From positions 1,440,001 through 1,504,000 of the forward strand of contig OZ245003.1 of assembly GCA_965223425.1 (NCBI GenBank): a stretch of DNA of 64,000 bases. The letters are read 5' to 3'. The notes below the pieces were generated by a model. That model saw nothing but the letters and a program-made list of their open reading frames with translations, was not told the origin of the DNA and searched no databases. Source of the stretch: Nitrosopumilus sp. Its GTDB lineage: Archaea; Thermoproteota; Nitrososphaeria; Nitrososphaerales; Nitrosopumilaceae. This document shows, one piece after another, positions 32,988 through 43,870 of this stretch. Each line of letters opens with the position of its first letter. The stretch's first letter is position 1. The translations under genes and the position numbers were made by a program.

Positions 32988-33215
32988 TTAGAGGACATCC
33001 TCATCATCCCAAGTGAGTCGGAACTTGCCTGTAACTCTAAACATCTTAAATTTTCCCCCTTCTTTGAAATTGAGTTTGTAGGACTTGTGAGAGGTATCCT
33101 CAATTTCCAAAGTCACATCATCTTTTATGGTTTGAAAAATTATTGGATCATTTGAAATTTGTTTCCATTCATCTTCGGCAAAATCCATGTAGAATTTGGT
33201 GTATAACAATCCCAT
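32988..33215 (-). CDS. hypothetical protein
   Basis: 75-aa ORF. Confidence 0.7.
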   Translation of the reverse strand: MGLLYTKFYMDFAEDEWKQISNDPIIFQTIKDDVTLEIEDTSHKSYKLNFKEGGKFKMFRVTGKFRLTWDDEDVL

Positions 33216-33258
33216 AAATTGATTAGAAACAACACTTGAATAAATGATTAGATTAGGA

Positions 33259-33305
33259 GGTTCTGGAAGATTTTGGTGATCTGATCACTCAAATTTACCA
33301 GAACC
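33259..33305. repeat. 47-bp palindromic element, copy 2
   Basis: GGTTCTGGAAGATTTTGGTGATCTGATCACTCAAATTTACCAGAACC. Confidence 0.85.
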
Positions 33306-33435
33306 ACCGTGACCCTCTTATCCATCATGGAATTGATGATATTGGATCTTCACAATCTGAGCCAATCATTTTCTTTCCTACTTGGTTCTATTTTAATTTT
33401 CGAGGTGCAACACACATGAAAACAAAACAGATCTA

Positions 33436-33911
33436 TAGTGTCGATCAAAAGTTTTTGAGAGTGAGCGACCTTCTACAGATAAACTTCATCGCATCAAGCT
33501 TGGGACGGGCTGCCCTGAAATATTCTGACACTGCATGGCGCATGTGCACAACCGTAGCATAATATTCAGATATCAGCACGTCCCGTTTTGCCTGATGCCA
33601 GTACTCCTCAACTGCACTGAGCTCAGGCGTTGCAGTCAGAAGCCATATTGTCCTGACATCGGGGTTGCCTGCCAGAAACTCTTTTACAATCCTTGCCTTG
33701 TGCTGCGGTGCGTTGTCCATGATGATTGTCACCTTGCCAAAATAACTTGTCATCTCCCTGATGTATTGTAGAACCGTCTCCTTGTCAAACTTGTCATATG
33801 TCCTAAAGAACTGCCTGCCGTCTGTCGCAATGGAGCCGCATGCCACCACCCTCCTGCCGTGCCGTCCCTTGTATGTCGTTGTGATTGGCTCCCCTTTTGG
33901 TGACCAGTACT
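33436..33911 (-). mobile_element. 5'-truncated copy of IS630 element A
   Basis: Near-identical to about 17475-17949; truncated where palindrome copy 3 begins. Confidence 0.88.
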
Positions 33912-33958
33912 GATTCTGGAAGATTTTGGTGATCAGATCACTCAAATTCACCAGAACC
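33912..33958. repeat. 47-bp palindromic element, copy 3
   Basis: GATTCTGGAAGATTTTGGTGATCAGATCACTCAAATTCACCAGAACC. Confidence 0.85.
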
Positions 33959-33967
33959 GATTAAGAT

Positions 33968-34546
33968 TTACATGTCCAAGTGATCTTTTGGCATGATTAT
34001 TCCCAAATAGCTGACAATTGCGGGGAATGTTATCTCATAATCCTTATCATGTCGGATTACCTCAAAAACATGATGAATGAGTTGTTGAATGGTTAAATGC
34101 TCATCTCGATACAAGGTTTTGTTTGGATTTTTTGTGGAATCTAAAACAGTGAACCCATTATCAGTCTGAAATAAATTTCGTAAAAGCGAGTTTGCAGTTT
34201 TTATCTTCTCGTCTACATCCTTGTGAGGATAGTCTGTACCCAGTCTTTTAATTTGAGATTTCAAATCATGAAAAGAACTATTTGTATTCCGTTCAATGTG
34301 CTGTTGGGATTTTTGTCCATAATTTTCAGTTGGGCGATAAAATTTCATATTTCCTTTGGTCAGTACAACAATGATTTCTTTTTCAAGCAAAGAATCTCTT
34401 GTTTTTTCAAATGTGGTTTTTGCCATAAATTCCGGAACGATTATCTTCAACAGTGCATTGTGATGAGAGTGCGGATTATTTTTGATACAATCTAGCAATA
34501 TCCTTTCACGCTCATATATCTCTAAAGTGGGCTCATGATGACTCAT
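33968..34546 (-). CDS. hypothetical (winged-helix-like) protein
   Basis: 192-aa ORF. Confidence 0.7.
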   Translation of the reverse strand: MSHHEPTLEIYERERILLDCIKNNPHSHHNALLKIIVPEFMAKTTFEKTRDSLLEKEIIVVLTKGNMKFYRPTENYGQKSQQHIERNTNSSFHDLKSQIKRLGTDYPHKDVDEKIKTANSLLRNLFQTDNGFTVLDSTKNPNKTLYRDEHLTIQQLIHHVFEVIRHDKDYEITFPAIVSYLGIIMPKDHLDM

Positions 34547-34737
34547 TATTACTAGGTCGACCTACATTATACAGGTCAACTATTAATCAGTATCTATACT
34601 GCCAGCTAAGCGAAATGGATCATGCTTGTTTTGTTGAGATACTAAGATCATATTTAGCAAGAAGAAATGATATGTTTTTTATGTGATCTACTCAATTTAG
34701 GCACAAATTATCGTTTTTATGATACATATTTAAAATA

Positions 34738-37585
34738 GTAAGAGGCTAGGTCTCTAGTACAGTCTCAGTATCTCTTCTTGAATGCTGGTGCCCCTTTTCT
34801 GCCATGTCAGCAAGCAGCTCACAAGTATGCCAAATACCTTCATGCCTGCTTCGGGGGGTTGTCGCCAAATTCACATCAAGCTGCCACCACCTGAATATTT
34901 CGCCTTGCGGCGCACTCTAGACGGTTTAACACTTCCAAGTTCCATCCTATTGTCTTGCACAGTCCAAACCGCCTTCTTGTGGATGTCTTTCTGAACCTGC
35001 ACAGCAACCTGTGGCCCTCTGTCTCCTCTGCTCCAAATATTCCCTCTATCATGCCTCGTTTTTTGTAGATCTCCCCGTCAAACAGCCCTGCGGCCTTTTT
35101 CCTGAACTTTTTTGTTCTGTTCACGGCATTGCCCCTCTGTTTTATGTTCGGGGTCATGCCGGCACCAAAGACAAGCCTGCAGTTCCTATCAGAATCATAC
35201 CCCCTGTCTGCGTTGAACCTGCCTGCAAAGGCAATGCCTGTCTTTTTGATCTTCTTTAGCAGCGAGGCAAAGACTGTAGTGTCTGCCATCCTGTTGGATG
35301 TGATGCGGCAGGAGAGTATGACCTGCAGGCCCAGTACCGAGGCCACGTGCCATTTCAGGTATTTCTTTTGACGCTTTGCCTCCGGTTTGTGCCTGTTTCT
35401 GGCCTTTTTTTGCACCCTTTCATACCTGTCAGTGGCAACGCCGCTGCTGTCTGATGCCAGCGTGAGATCAGAGGCATCAAATCCTGCAAGGCACGATGCT
35501 GCCGTGACGGCAATCATGTCCTCAAGCCACGCAACAGGAATCTTTTGCATGAACCTGGCAATGGTGCTGTGATCCGGCAGGGGTTCGTTCCACGGCATCC
35601 TCAGCAGGGCTGCAAGATTCTCCATGTCCCTGAATGTAAAGTCAAGGCACACCGTGAGTATGCAGAGAAATGCAAGCTTGTTTTTGTCATGTACCGGTTT
35701 GCGCCCCGCACCAGACCTTCTGGCATGTACGGGACACGGATTTTTCACAATCAAAGAAACTATATGGGACGTGAGAAAATCCAGTTCTTGGGTGTGGGCA
35801 TCGTGATAGTACTTCCAGTACTGATCACGTCTCTTATGACAATTCATTAGAGAACTCACATCCTCCCTGATCAATATGCGTGAAAAATCACAAAATTAGA
35901 TCATTTGGTCGAATTTGGCGACAACCCCCCCTGAATGTAAAGTCAAGGCACACCGTGAGTATGCAGAGAAATGCAAGCTTGTTTTTGTCATGTACCGGTT
36001 TGCGCCCCGCACCAGACCTTCTGGCATGTACGGGACACGGATTTTTCACAATCAAAGAAACTATATGGGATGTGAGAAAATCCAGTTCTTGGGTGTGGGC
36101 ATCGTGATAGTACTTCCAGTACTGATCACGTCTCTTATGGTAAGTCATTGGGAAACCCACACCTCCCTGATCAATATGCGTGAAAAATCACAAAATTAGA
36201 TCATTTGGTCGAATTTGGCGACAACCCCCTGCTTCGGTGACAAGACGCTGTCTAATCTTGCGCGATATGACGACCCGGCGAAGCATTCTTTCTGATTCGT
36301 TGTTTGTGGGATCCATTCCGGGATGCTTTAGAAACGTAAACAGGTTTGGTGTGGCCTTTTCCAGCTTGTCTCCGAACTTGCAGTCCGGACAGCCCTTGTA
36401 CGAATCCGCAATTGCCGTGCAGGAGATCACAAACGAGTCATAATGCGTGTGCGCGTCAGGCCGCAGCGCAACCTGCTTTGCATCGTGGTATAGCAAACGC
36501 AGTTTCTCATACAGCATGGTTTTTGGTTCATCATCACCATCACCATCATCCTGTTCAAATTCGGCATCACACAGTATGCGTGACCAGCACCGTTGAATCG
36601 TTCTGAAACTGTTGTATGCCGCATAACCGTCGACTGTCACGGGAATATCCCAGTGAGGAAAGTGAAGATCCAGTACGGCAGCGGCCCTGCTTCTGTCCAC
36701 ATGAATCAGTACCGCATCATCACCGATGCATACCCAGACATATCCCAGTTTGTCGTATATTGTATATGACGTCTCATCAAGTTTCAGGTATTTTGATCTG
36801 CCAATATTTTCTTTCCATGACTCTACCTCTGACTCTAACGCTCCTCCTAATGCAAACAGCGCGTTTTGTATTGTTTTTTTGCAGATTGACGTGTCATACA
36901 GGCTTGCTGCCTCCCTGATTGAGTTCAGGCTGCAGCTTTGTTTATACATCGACATGGTTATTGTCATGAGGTTCTTGCCAATCGATGTTCCGTCTATTCC
37001 GACCCGGGGCGTTGTGACATGTCCGCACCTGCAGGTGCAGTGCTGTATGACGTTGTTTGTGGATACGGTCCTTGGAATCTCCGGAATGTCGACTGTCATC
37101 TTTGTCGTGGTCTTTGTAACTGTAATGCCTTTGCTGCCGCACTTTGCGCATTTCTTTGGCCTGTGCACCGTTGTGTGACAAGGCCTTCTCTTGTGGGATG
37201 CGCCGACGTGGCCTGCCCTTGCTCCGCCCTTGTTTGGAGGGGGGGAGGGGGGGGAGGAACCGCCTTTTGCACGGTCTGCCTTTTTTCGGCGCGTGGGAAT
37301 GGAGTTTGCCGACGGCGGTGAGTGCGGATTCTCGTAGAACGCTACGCGCCTCTTTAGTTCCGCTATTGTCAAATCCTTCTCGGCTTCCCTTGCCTGTAAT
37401 TTTTTTACATCGCCTGCCAACTGGCTGACAATCTTTCGCAAGCTGTCGTTTTCAGCAAACGATTTTGCCAGAGCATCCCGTAATATCTTGATCTCCGAGT
37501 CACTCATTAGACAGAATCAGGGATCATCGAATTTGGATCAGTATGATCTAGAATGTTTGAGTTCGTGACTAACCTAGCCTCTTAC
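34738..37585 (-). mobile_element. IS66-family element (single ORF), interrupted by IS5
   Basis: TIR GTAAGAGGCTAGGT at both ends; transposase 36229-37507 (NPHSPPS, LDETSY, VDGYAAY, QRCWS, PTNNESERMLR); C-terminus continues below 34854. Confidence 0.9.
34855..36228 (-). mobile_element. IS5-family element (transposase 34876-35874) plus 300-bp partial isoform
   Basis: TIR GGGGTTGTCGCCAAATTC, 9-bp TSD CTGCTTCGG (34846-34854, 36229-36237); PDHSTI, SDSSG, ADRGYD, KRGMIEGIFG. Confidence 0.9.
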
Positions 37586-37589
37586 AACT

Positions 37590-38100
37590 GATATCTACAT
37601 ACATTCATTAGACAAATTGCACTGGCATGAATTGCTAGTACAGAATGGACTAGTCGGCAAAGGAAACATGAGAGTTTTAATCGGTGATGACCATATCTTT
37701 TACAAATCATTCAAAGTAGATAATTTAACACTAGTATCTATACCTCAAATAATATTGGATTTGTATAACGAAGGAAATGTATGCATTGAGGCAGGAGATA
37801 TGCTATTAGAAAAAGTGGAGAAAGATGCTTTACGAAAATTATGAGACAGAGATATCAAAAAAGAACTTGGTAACAGTATTTTCAAGAGTAACAAAACCAC
37901 TTTGTTTACTTGGGGGCTGGGCAGTTTATTTAACTGTAAATGAAAATTACAAAAAAGACAAAAGAAGAGATCATCATGGATCAAAAGACATTGACTTAGC
38001 ATCCATTTTTCAAAAAATGAATCTAAAGAACCATTAATCAGTTCTGCATTTAATCAATCTGTCAAAGCATTAGAAAGAATTGGATTTTATTCAGTTGGCT
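37590..38100 (+). pseudogene. remnant of an antitoxin-like / nucleotidyltransferase gene pair
   Basis: 5'-truncated ORF (LVSIPQIILDLY) overlapping a frameshifted ORF with LLGGWAV...GSKDIDL. Confidence 0.6.
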
Positions 38101-38110
38101 TCTGCATATC

Positions 38111-39295
38111 TTAACTAGTAGTGTTTGTGAATCTCTTGCCTAACCAATCTGAAAATATGGTATCAACAATACGATATTTTCCATCTCGGTATTTCTCTAC
38201 AACATCCTGATTTATCAGCCTATTGATAGTTTTAGGAAGGCTAGACTGGGGTTTTCTAATTTCTGCAGCTATGGTACTGGGGTTTTCTATGTTGTTTGCC
38301 AACGCAATTAGGATCTCTTTTTCCAAATCAGAAAAAGTTTTGAAAATATTGTTAAAGTCAGGATCTAGCTGTGCTATCATTTCCGAATACGCTTTTTCAA
38401 CATCTTTTTGCAAAACTGATTTTTTATTTTTATCTAAACTATTTAGATAAATCTGTAATCCTAGCCGTTGTACATAATCTGGCAGACCTCCGCTGAGAAG
38501 AAAAATCTTTTCCAAAGATTTAGCCTCAATAGAAATTTTAACTGTTTGTAATCTCTTCTTGACAAAAGAATAAACAGATACTTTTGTTAGCGGCCCTACA
38601 CGGACTTCAATTAGCTGCTTATAAAATGGAGATTTTGCGTCATAAATCATTTGTTTCATTATCGTGGGCGCAGAACCTGAAAACACATAAGCCACACGAG
38701 ATTGTGACTGCATCAACCTTCTAAACATTCCAAGAAATTCATCTCCCCACTTTAGTAATTCTTGAAACTCATCAATCATCACTACAAATGAAATATCTTT
38801 ATCATCCCCCAGCTTTTCTGTATAGCGTAAGGCATGCTCCAATAATTCATCCTCATCAATCTTTGGCTCTCTAAATTTTGTATGAAAGGTAACAAATTCT
38901 GATACACCTATGTCAAATTCTAATAGTTTGTCTTTCACATTATCAAAATTTTCTGAGAAGATCTTTGTTATTTTTTCTTTGTAAGACTTGTCGCCGGTAT
39001 GTTCGGCATAGGAATTCAACACTTTATTCATGTAGGCCCTGCCAAATCTTTCCTTTGTTGAAATCCCATACGAGTCAAAAATTACTGGGATTGTTTTCTT
39101 GTTCTTTGACAGCTTTTCTTGAATGTTTAGTAGTATTGATGACTTGCCGGTTCTTCTAAGCCCTAGGAGAATTGCATTGTTTATGTCTCCCTTGGCAGTA
39201 CCTGAAAGTATTGCAGTAAGTTTTTTGAGCTCTTTTTTTCTATCGATAAAGTATTTTCCTGTAACTGGCTTTCCAACTATGAACGGTTGCTGCAT
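38111..39295 (-). CDS. archaeal AAA+ ATPase with C-terminal wHTH
   Basis: PF..G.PV....FIDRKKEL, GLRRTGKSS, IDEFQ, FSGS, SGGLP. Confidence 0.9.
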   Translation of the reverse strand: MQQPFIVGKPVTGKYFIDRKKELKKLTAILSGTAKGDINNAILLGLRRTGKSSILLNIQEKLSKNKKTIPVIFDSYGISTKERFGRAYMNKVLNSYAEHTGDKSYKEKITKIFSENFDNVKDKLLEFDIGVSEFVTFHTKFREPKIDEDELLEHALRYTEKLGDDKDISFVVMIDEFQELLKWGDEFLGMFRRLMQSQSRVAYVFSGSAPTIMKQMIYDAKSPFYKQLIEVRVGPLTKVSVYSFVKKRLQTVKISIEAKSLEKIFLLSGGLPDYVQRLGLQIYLNSLDKNKKSVLQKDVEKAYSEMIAQLDPDFNNIFKTFSDLEKEILIALANNIENPSTIAAEIRKPQSSLPKTINRLINQDVVEKYRDGKYRIVDTIFSDWLGKRFTNTTS

Positions 39296-39451
39296 GACCA
39301 ATATATGCAATATTACATATATATGCATTTTTGCATATTCACAGTGTGTTGTTTAGACTACGGTGAGCTTGAATTATGTTCGATTTGAATCCATTAGAGA
39401 TTTTATCCAATCAGAAAACTCTATTAGAGAATTGACGTAGGTATTCCCTTT

Positions 39452-41644
39452 TTATTCTTTGTCAATAAAGTCGTGTATACCAGGAGGATCCGGGGCCAAT
39501 CCCTTTCTCTTTCGGATGTCAGATACTGCTGTTGCTAGCATTGGTTTTGGAACCTCGGTCCATTCCTTGAAGGATGTATTCCATGTTGCACGTCCAGCAG
39601 TCTGGCCCCTCATCTCTTCAGACAAGGTAAACGTCTCAGAAGCTGGAATCTCACCGGTGACAATACTTGATGCGCCTTTTTGTACCATGTCAAGCACCTT
39701 ACCGCGTTTACCAGAAAGAACAGTTGCAACATTTCCAACCAGATCTGTTGGAACACGAACTTCAATTGCCAATGTTGGCTCTAAAACTGCAGTGCCTGCA
39801 GTCAGTAATGCGCCCATGCATGCCCTACGAGAAGCCGGCCCCAATTGAGACAGGCCCCTATGAGCAGTATCTTCGTGTGGAACAAAGTGAGTAAATATGA
39901 ATTTACAGTTTCTCATTTGCTCTTTACAGAGGGGTCCCTCTTTCATGACTTCATCAAATCCAGAGTTGATAGAGTCAGTAGATTCCTGGACAAACTGAAC
40001 ACCTTTTGTTCCATTAATCAAAACATTGCCACGTGAGTCAAGTTTCATAACCCTCTTAATTGTATCAGTGTCCCAGCCTGCACCCTTGAGCAAATCTGCA
40101 ACAATTTTCTTATCTTTCATATCACTGATTTCACCAGTTCTAAGCATTTGGGCAATTTCAGGCTCTAACGGCTCTACCTTCATGAAGATCTTGTTGTGTC
40201 GGTTTGGGGATTTTGACATGATTGGTTCACATCCGGCTTTTACAGTTTCTCTGTAGTTAATCAAAGGTTCAGATGTGATAATCTCTACTTTTGTGTCTTG
40301 GATTCGATGAATCGCAACGTCAAGGTGTAAAACGCCCATTCCAGCAACGATAGTCTCACCACTTTCTTGATCAATTTTTACGACAAGATTAGGATCTTCG
40401 ATGGTTAGCTGCTTGAGTACATCAACTAGCTTGGGCAAGTCTTTAGGGTGTTTTGGCTCAATTGCAACTTGAACAACGGGTTCTGAGACATACTTTACGC
40501 CCTCAAACATTGGAATGTTTTTAACAGAAGAGAGAGTGTTTCCGGCTCTGGCCTCAGTTAGTCCCAGCAATGCCGGGATGTTACCTGCACCAAGTTCTCC
40601 GACTTGTTCTCTTTGGTTTCCCATGAAAAAGTTTACAGATTGAATCCTTCCTTCCCTTTTTTCATCAATAATGTTAATGGTTTGTCCGTCTTTGATGGTA
40701 CCAGAAAAGAGTCTGCCTATGGCAACAGGTCCAGCTGCAGGATCCAGCACCATATTAACAATCATCATAATTGTCGGGCCAGTATCATCACATGCAAGCA
40801 AGGCCTTTCCAATGTCAGATTCCAGGTCGCCTTTCCAAATTTGTGGAATTCTGTATTTGACTGCTTCATGTGGGGGGGGATGGTGCTTAACAACCATTCC
40901 AAGTACTGCATCTGCCAAGGGTGCTTTTTCTACAAGATCTGCAACCTTTTCACTTTCATAAGCATCGATAACGTCTTTGAATGTAATTCCTCTTTCTTTC
41001 ATCAAATCAATGTTGATTGCCCATCTATCTTTTGCAGAGCCAAATGTAACACTAGCATCCTGAATGGATACTTTCCATTTTTCCTTGTATTCAGGTTCAG
41101 CATATGTGTCGATTAATTGATTAAAGTTTGAGACGACTTCTGCCAATTGCTGTTGCATTTTCTCAGGGGTCAATCTGAGTTCTTTGATGAGCCTGTCTAC
41201 CTTGTTGATAAATAAAACAGGTTTTACTCTTTCTTCAAGTGCCATTCTAGTTACAGTCTCAGTTTGAGTCATGATGCCTTCCACTGCATCACACACGACT
41301 ACTGCGCCGTCAATTGCCCGAAGACTGCGAATGACCCTTCCACTAAAGTCTACGTGTCCAGGGGTATCAATCATGTTAATGACATATTCCTTATCTTTGT
41401 GAGTAAAATGCAAAGTGACATTTGCCTGATAAATTGTAATTCCTCTTTGCTGCTCCTCTTTATCAAAGTCCATTGCCAGTGCCTTGCCGGCAGCAGATGG
41501 GGCGATAATACCAGAATACGCCAAGAGGCTATCACTCATGGTAGTTTTTCCGTGGTCAACGTGAGCAATAACGCCAAAGTTACGAATTTGATCCTTGTTC
41601 TTGATGATTTTAAGAACCTCACCAGTTGACTTGTATTTTACCAT
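39452..41644 (-). CDS. fusA: translation elongation factor EF-2
   Basis: AHVDHGKTT, RGITI, DTPGHVDF, NKVD, PHEDTAHRG diphthamide loop. Confidence 0.98.
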   Translation of the reverse strand: MVKYKSTGEVLKIIKNKDQIRNFGVIAHVDHGKTTMSDSLLAYSGIIAPSAAGKALAMDFDKEEQQRGITIYQANVTLHFTHKDKEYVINMIDTPGHVDFSGRVIRSLRAIDGAVVVCDAVEGIMTQTETVTRMALEERVKPVLFINKVDRLIKELRLTPEKMQQQLAEVVSNFNQLIDTYAEPEYKEKWKVSIQDASVTFGSAKDRWAINIDLMKERGITFKDVIDAYESEKVADLVEKAPLADAVLGMVVKHHPPPHEAVKYRIPQIWKGDLESDIGKALLACDDTGPTIMMIVNMVLDPAAGPVAIGRLFSGTIKDGQTINIIDEKREGRIQSVNFFMGNQREQVGELGAGNIPALLGLTEARAGNTLSSVKNIPMFEGVKYVSEPVVQVAIEPKHPKDLPKLVDVLKQLTIEDPNLVVKIDQESGETIVAGMGVLHLDVAIHRIQDTKVEIITSEPLINYRETVKAGCEPIMSKSPNRHNKIFMKVEPLEPEIAQMLRTGEISDMKDKKIVADLLKGAGWDTDTIKRVMKLDSRGNVLINGTKGVQFVQESTDSINSGFDEVMKEGPLCKEQMRNCKFIFTHFVPHEDTAHRGLSQLGPASRRACMGALLTAGTAVLEPTLAIEVRVPTDLVGNVATVLSGKRGKVLDMVQKGASSIVTGEIPASETFTLSEEMRGQTAGRATWNTSFKEWTEVPKPMLATAVSDIRKRKGLAPDPPGIHDFIDKE

Positions 41645-41692
41645 ATCCGCAAACCCTAGCAATCAGGTATTAAACCTTAGCCTCACAAAAGA

Positions 41693-42598
41693 TCAGTAGA
41701 TCATCTGATTGCTAACGTTACGAATTTTTTTCGCAGTTACAAAATGACAATCTTTTTTTCGTTTCTTTTTGGCCTCAAAAAGGGCAAGCAGTTGAGCAAA
41801 AAATGTGCAGTATAGCATCTGAGAAATCTTCTCGGAGGGGACGCTTGGGTGAATTACATGAAGCCCGACTTTTTTGAGATTTTGTGCAAGCTGTTTGTTA
41901 TGAGAATTCTTTTCCTCAAAGATAATGACAGTGTCACCTTTTTTAGCTGAAAACAATTCCATATGAGAAAACTGCTCTATTTTTGAATAGCGCGCATCAG
42001 AACCCAGGATTTCATAAAACTTTGCAGCGCAATACATTGCCAGTGGATACGTAAACAGATTACCAAGAACAAAGATCCTCTTTGACACTTTGGATTTTTT
42101 GGCATCTATCTTTGCCTTTGAGAACAATTTTGTTTCTTTGGAAATCCGTATCCTTTGTACCAAAGAGACGCACGTCAAAGCGCTTTCCAAAAAGGAGATA
42201 CTCCCAGCAGTAAAGACATCATTGTTTGAAGCAGTCAGATGTATGATTTTGCCAGATGCCTTTGCAAGCCTGCTTTTAGGCTTGGATGTTATGGCAGTTG
42301 CCCTTTTTGCAATCTTGGCAACTTTGATGTTCGTAATGGTGTTTCCAGATATGGAGACAAAATAGACATGTTTTGATTTTGCCAGTTGCCTACTCCTGTA
42401 CAAATCAAGTGGATCCATTGCTTTTACCCTCCCGCCTGAAAATGATTCAGCAAGCATTGCAGATACTAGTGAATCCCCGCTTCCCGAAAAGAGGGTGTTT
42501 TTTTGCTGATTGGCAGATAGTGGTTTTTGCTTTTGAAATGATTTTAAAAAATTCAATTGAAGATGGATGTCTTTTTCATATGCCTCAATAGTATTCAT
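41693..42598 (-). CDS. SIS-domain sugar isomerase
   Basis: GSGDS, VSISGNT, EQFSHME. Confidence 0.85.
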   Translation of the reverse strand: MNTIEAYEKDIHLQLNFLKSFQKQKPLSANQQKNTLFSGSGDSLVSAMLAESFSGGRVKAMDPLDLYRSRQLAKSKHVYFVSISGNTITNIKVAKIAKRATAITSKPKSRLAKASGKIIHLTASNNDVFTAGSISFLESALTCVSLVQRIRISKETKLFSKAKIDAKKSKVSKRIFVLGNLFTYPLAMYCAAKFYEILGSDARYSKIEQFSHMELFSAKKGDTVIIFEEKNSHNKQLAQNLKKVGLHVIHPSVPSEKISQMLYCTFFAQLLALFEAKKKRKKDCHFVTAKKIRNVSNQMIY

Positions 42599-42679
42599 AG
42601 TATCAAATGATTTCTGGCATATATTAGAAAAACGATTTTGTTGGTTTTGGTTTTTATTACGATAATTTTGCAGTCAATC

Positions 42680-43507
42680 ATGGAAATTTCTGTGGGACAT
42701 ACCCCCGATTCGGATGACGCATTCATGTTTTATGGAATGTTTACAAACAAAGTCATGTCTCCAGATTTTAAGATAAACCATGTAGTTGAGGATATTGAGA
42801 AATTAAACCGTAAAGCAACTGATCCAGAGCTTGACGTTACTGCAGTTTCAGTTCACGCATGTGCATACATTCCAGAATACACAATACTTAGAAGCGGCGG
42901 AAGTTTTGGAATTGGTTATGGGCCAATAGTTACTGCCAGAGAACAGATGAGTATTGATGACATAAAAAAATGCAAGATCGCCATTCCAGGTAAAATGACA
43001 TCTGCATTTTTGTTATTGCAGTTAATGATTGGGAAGTTTGACTATGTTGAAATGAATTTTAGTGATATTCCAAAAGCTGTAAAATCAGGTAAAGTTGATG
43101 CAGGACTGGTAATTCATGAAACCCAGCTGTCATACGAGCAAGAAGGAAATGTCAAGATTTTAGATGTTGGGGAATGGTGGGACAAGGCAACAAATGGATT
43201 ACCAGTTCCGCTAGGAATCAATGTCATGAAGACCGGTTTAGGCATGGAGGCTATCGTCAAATTTGACAAATATCTTCAGGAATCAATTGAATTTGGAATT
43301 GCCCATTTTGAGGATGCAATCAAATACGCAATGCAGTATTCCAGAGGAAAATCACAGGATTTGATCGAGAAATTTGTAAAAATGTATGTAAATGAGGTAA
43401 CAGTTAACATGAAAGATTCGGGGGAGCAGTCAATTCGAAAACTCTTTGAGATGGCAAAAGAAAAGAACCTGGTTCCTGACTTTGAGATATCCATTGCCAC
43501 CAAGTAA
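42680..43507 (+). CDS. mqnD: 1,4-dihydroxy-6-naphthoate synthase
   Basis: GHTPDSDDAFMFY, SFGIGYGP, PGKMTSA, LVIHE, PVPLG. Confidence 0.9.
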   Translation: MEISVGHTPDSDDAFMFYGMFTNKVMSPDFKINHVVEDIEKLNRKATDPELDVTAVSVHACAYIPEYTILRSGGSFGIGYGPIVTAREQMSIDDIKKCKIAIPGKMTSAFLLLQLMIGKFDYVEMNFSDIPKAVKSGKVDAGLVIHETQLSYEQEGNVKILDVGEWWDKATNGLPVPLGINVMKTGLGMEAIVKFDKYLQESIEFGIAHFEDAIKYAMQYSRGKSQDLIEKFVKMYVNEVTVNMKDSGEQSIRKLFEMAKEKNLVPDFEISIATK

Positions 43508-43534
43508 TTATAGAACAAAAAAATTTTAGAGTTA

Positions 43535-43825
43535 ATGGGAGACGGAATTGGCGGTCCTGTCACGGGGACTCTAACTAACAATGCATTTCAGATGGTGGTC
43601 AGTCATGTAAGAAAAGACAACAAAGAGGAATATGGGAAAACAGAAAAAATCATCATTGCAAAAATTGACAATCCTGACGATCCCCAATACGCAGAAACTA
43701 CCCCAGAACAACTAGAGCAAGCACTTGAAGGAAAATTTGTTTCATGTAATGTTCAATATAGAGATACAAAGACAGATGCGCTTGTTTGTAATGTTTTTGT
43801 TCAAAAACCACCTGAAGGATTTTAA
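43535..43825 (+). CDS. hypothetical protein
   Basis: 96-aa ORF. Confidence 0.7.
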   Translation: MGDGIGGPVTGTLTNNAFQMVVSHVRKDNKEEYGKTEKIIIAKIDNPDDPQYAETTPEQLEQALEGKFVSCNVQYRDTKTDALVCNVFVQKPPEGF

Positions 43826-43870
43826 AGATAAGACATGCCTAATATAGGATAAATTTCAAATGAGGTTAGA

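Noticed and set aside
14291-33958. 47-bp repeats as a CRISPR array
   Set aside because: Dispersed rather than regularly spaced, and no cas genes.
39452-41644. EF-2 outside a ribosomal protein operon
   Set aside because: Not judged unusual for this lineage; the gene is intact and canonical.
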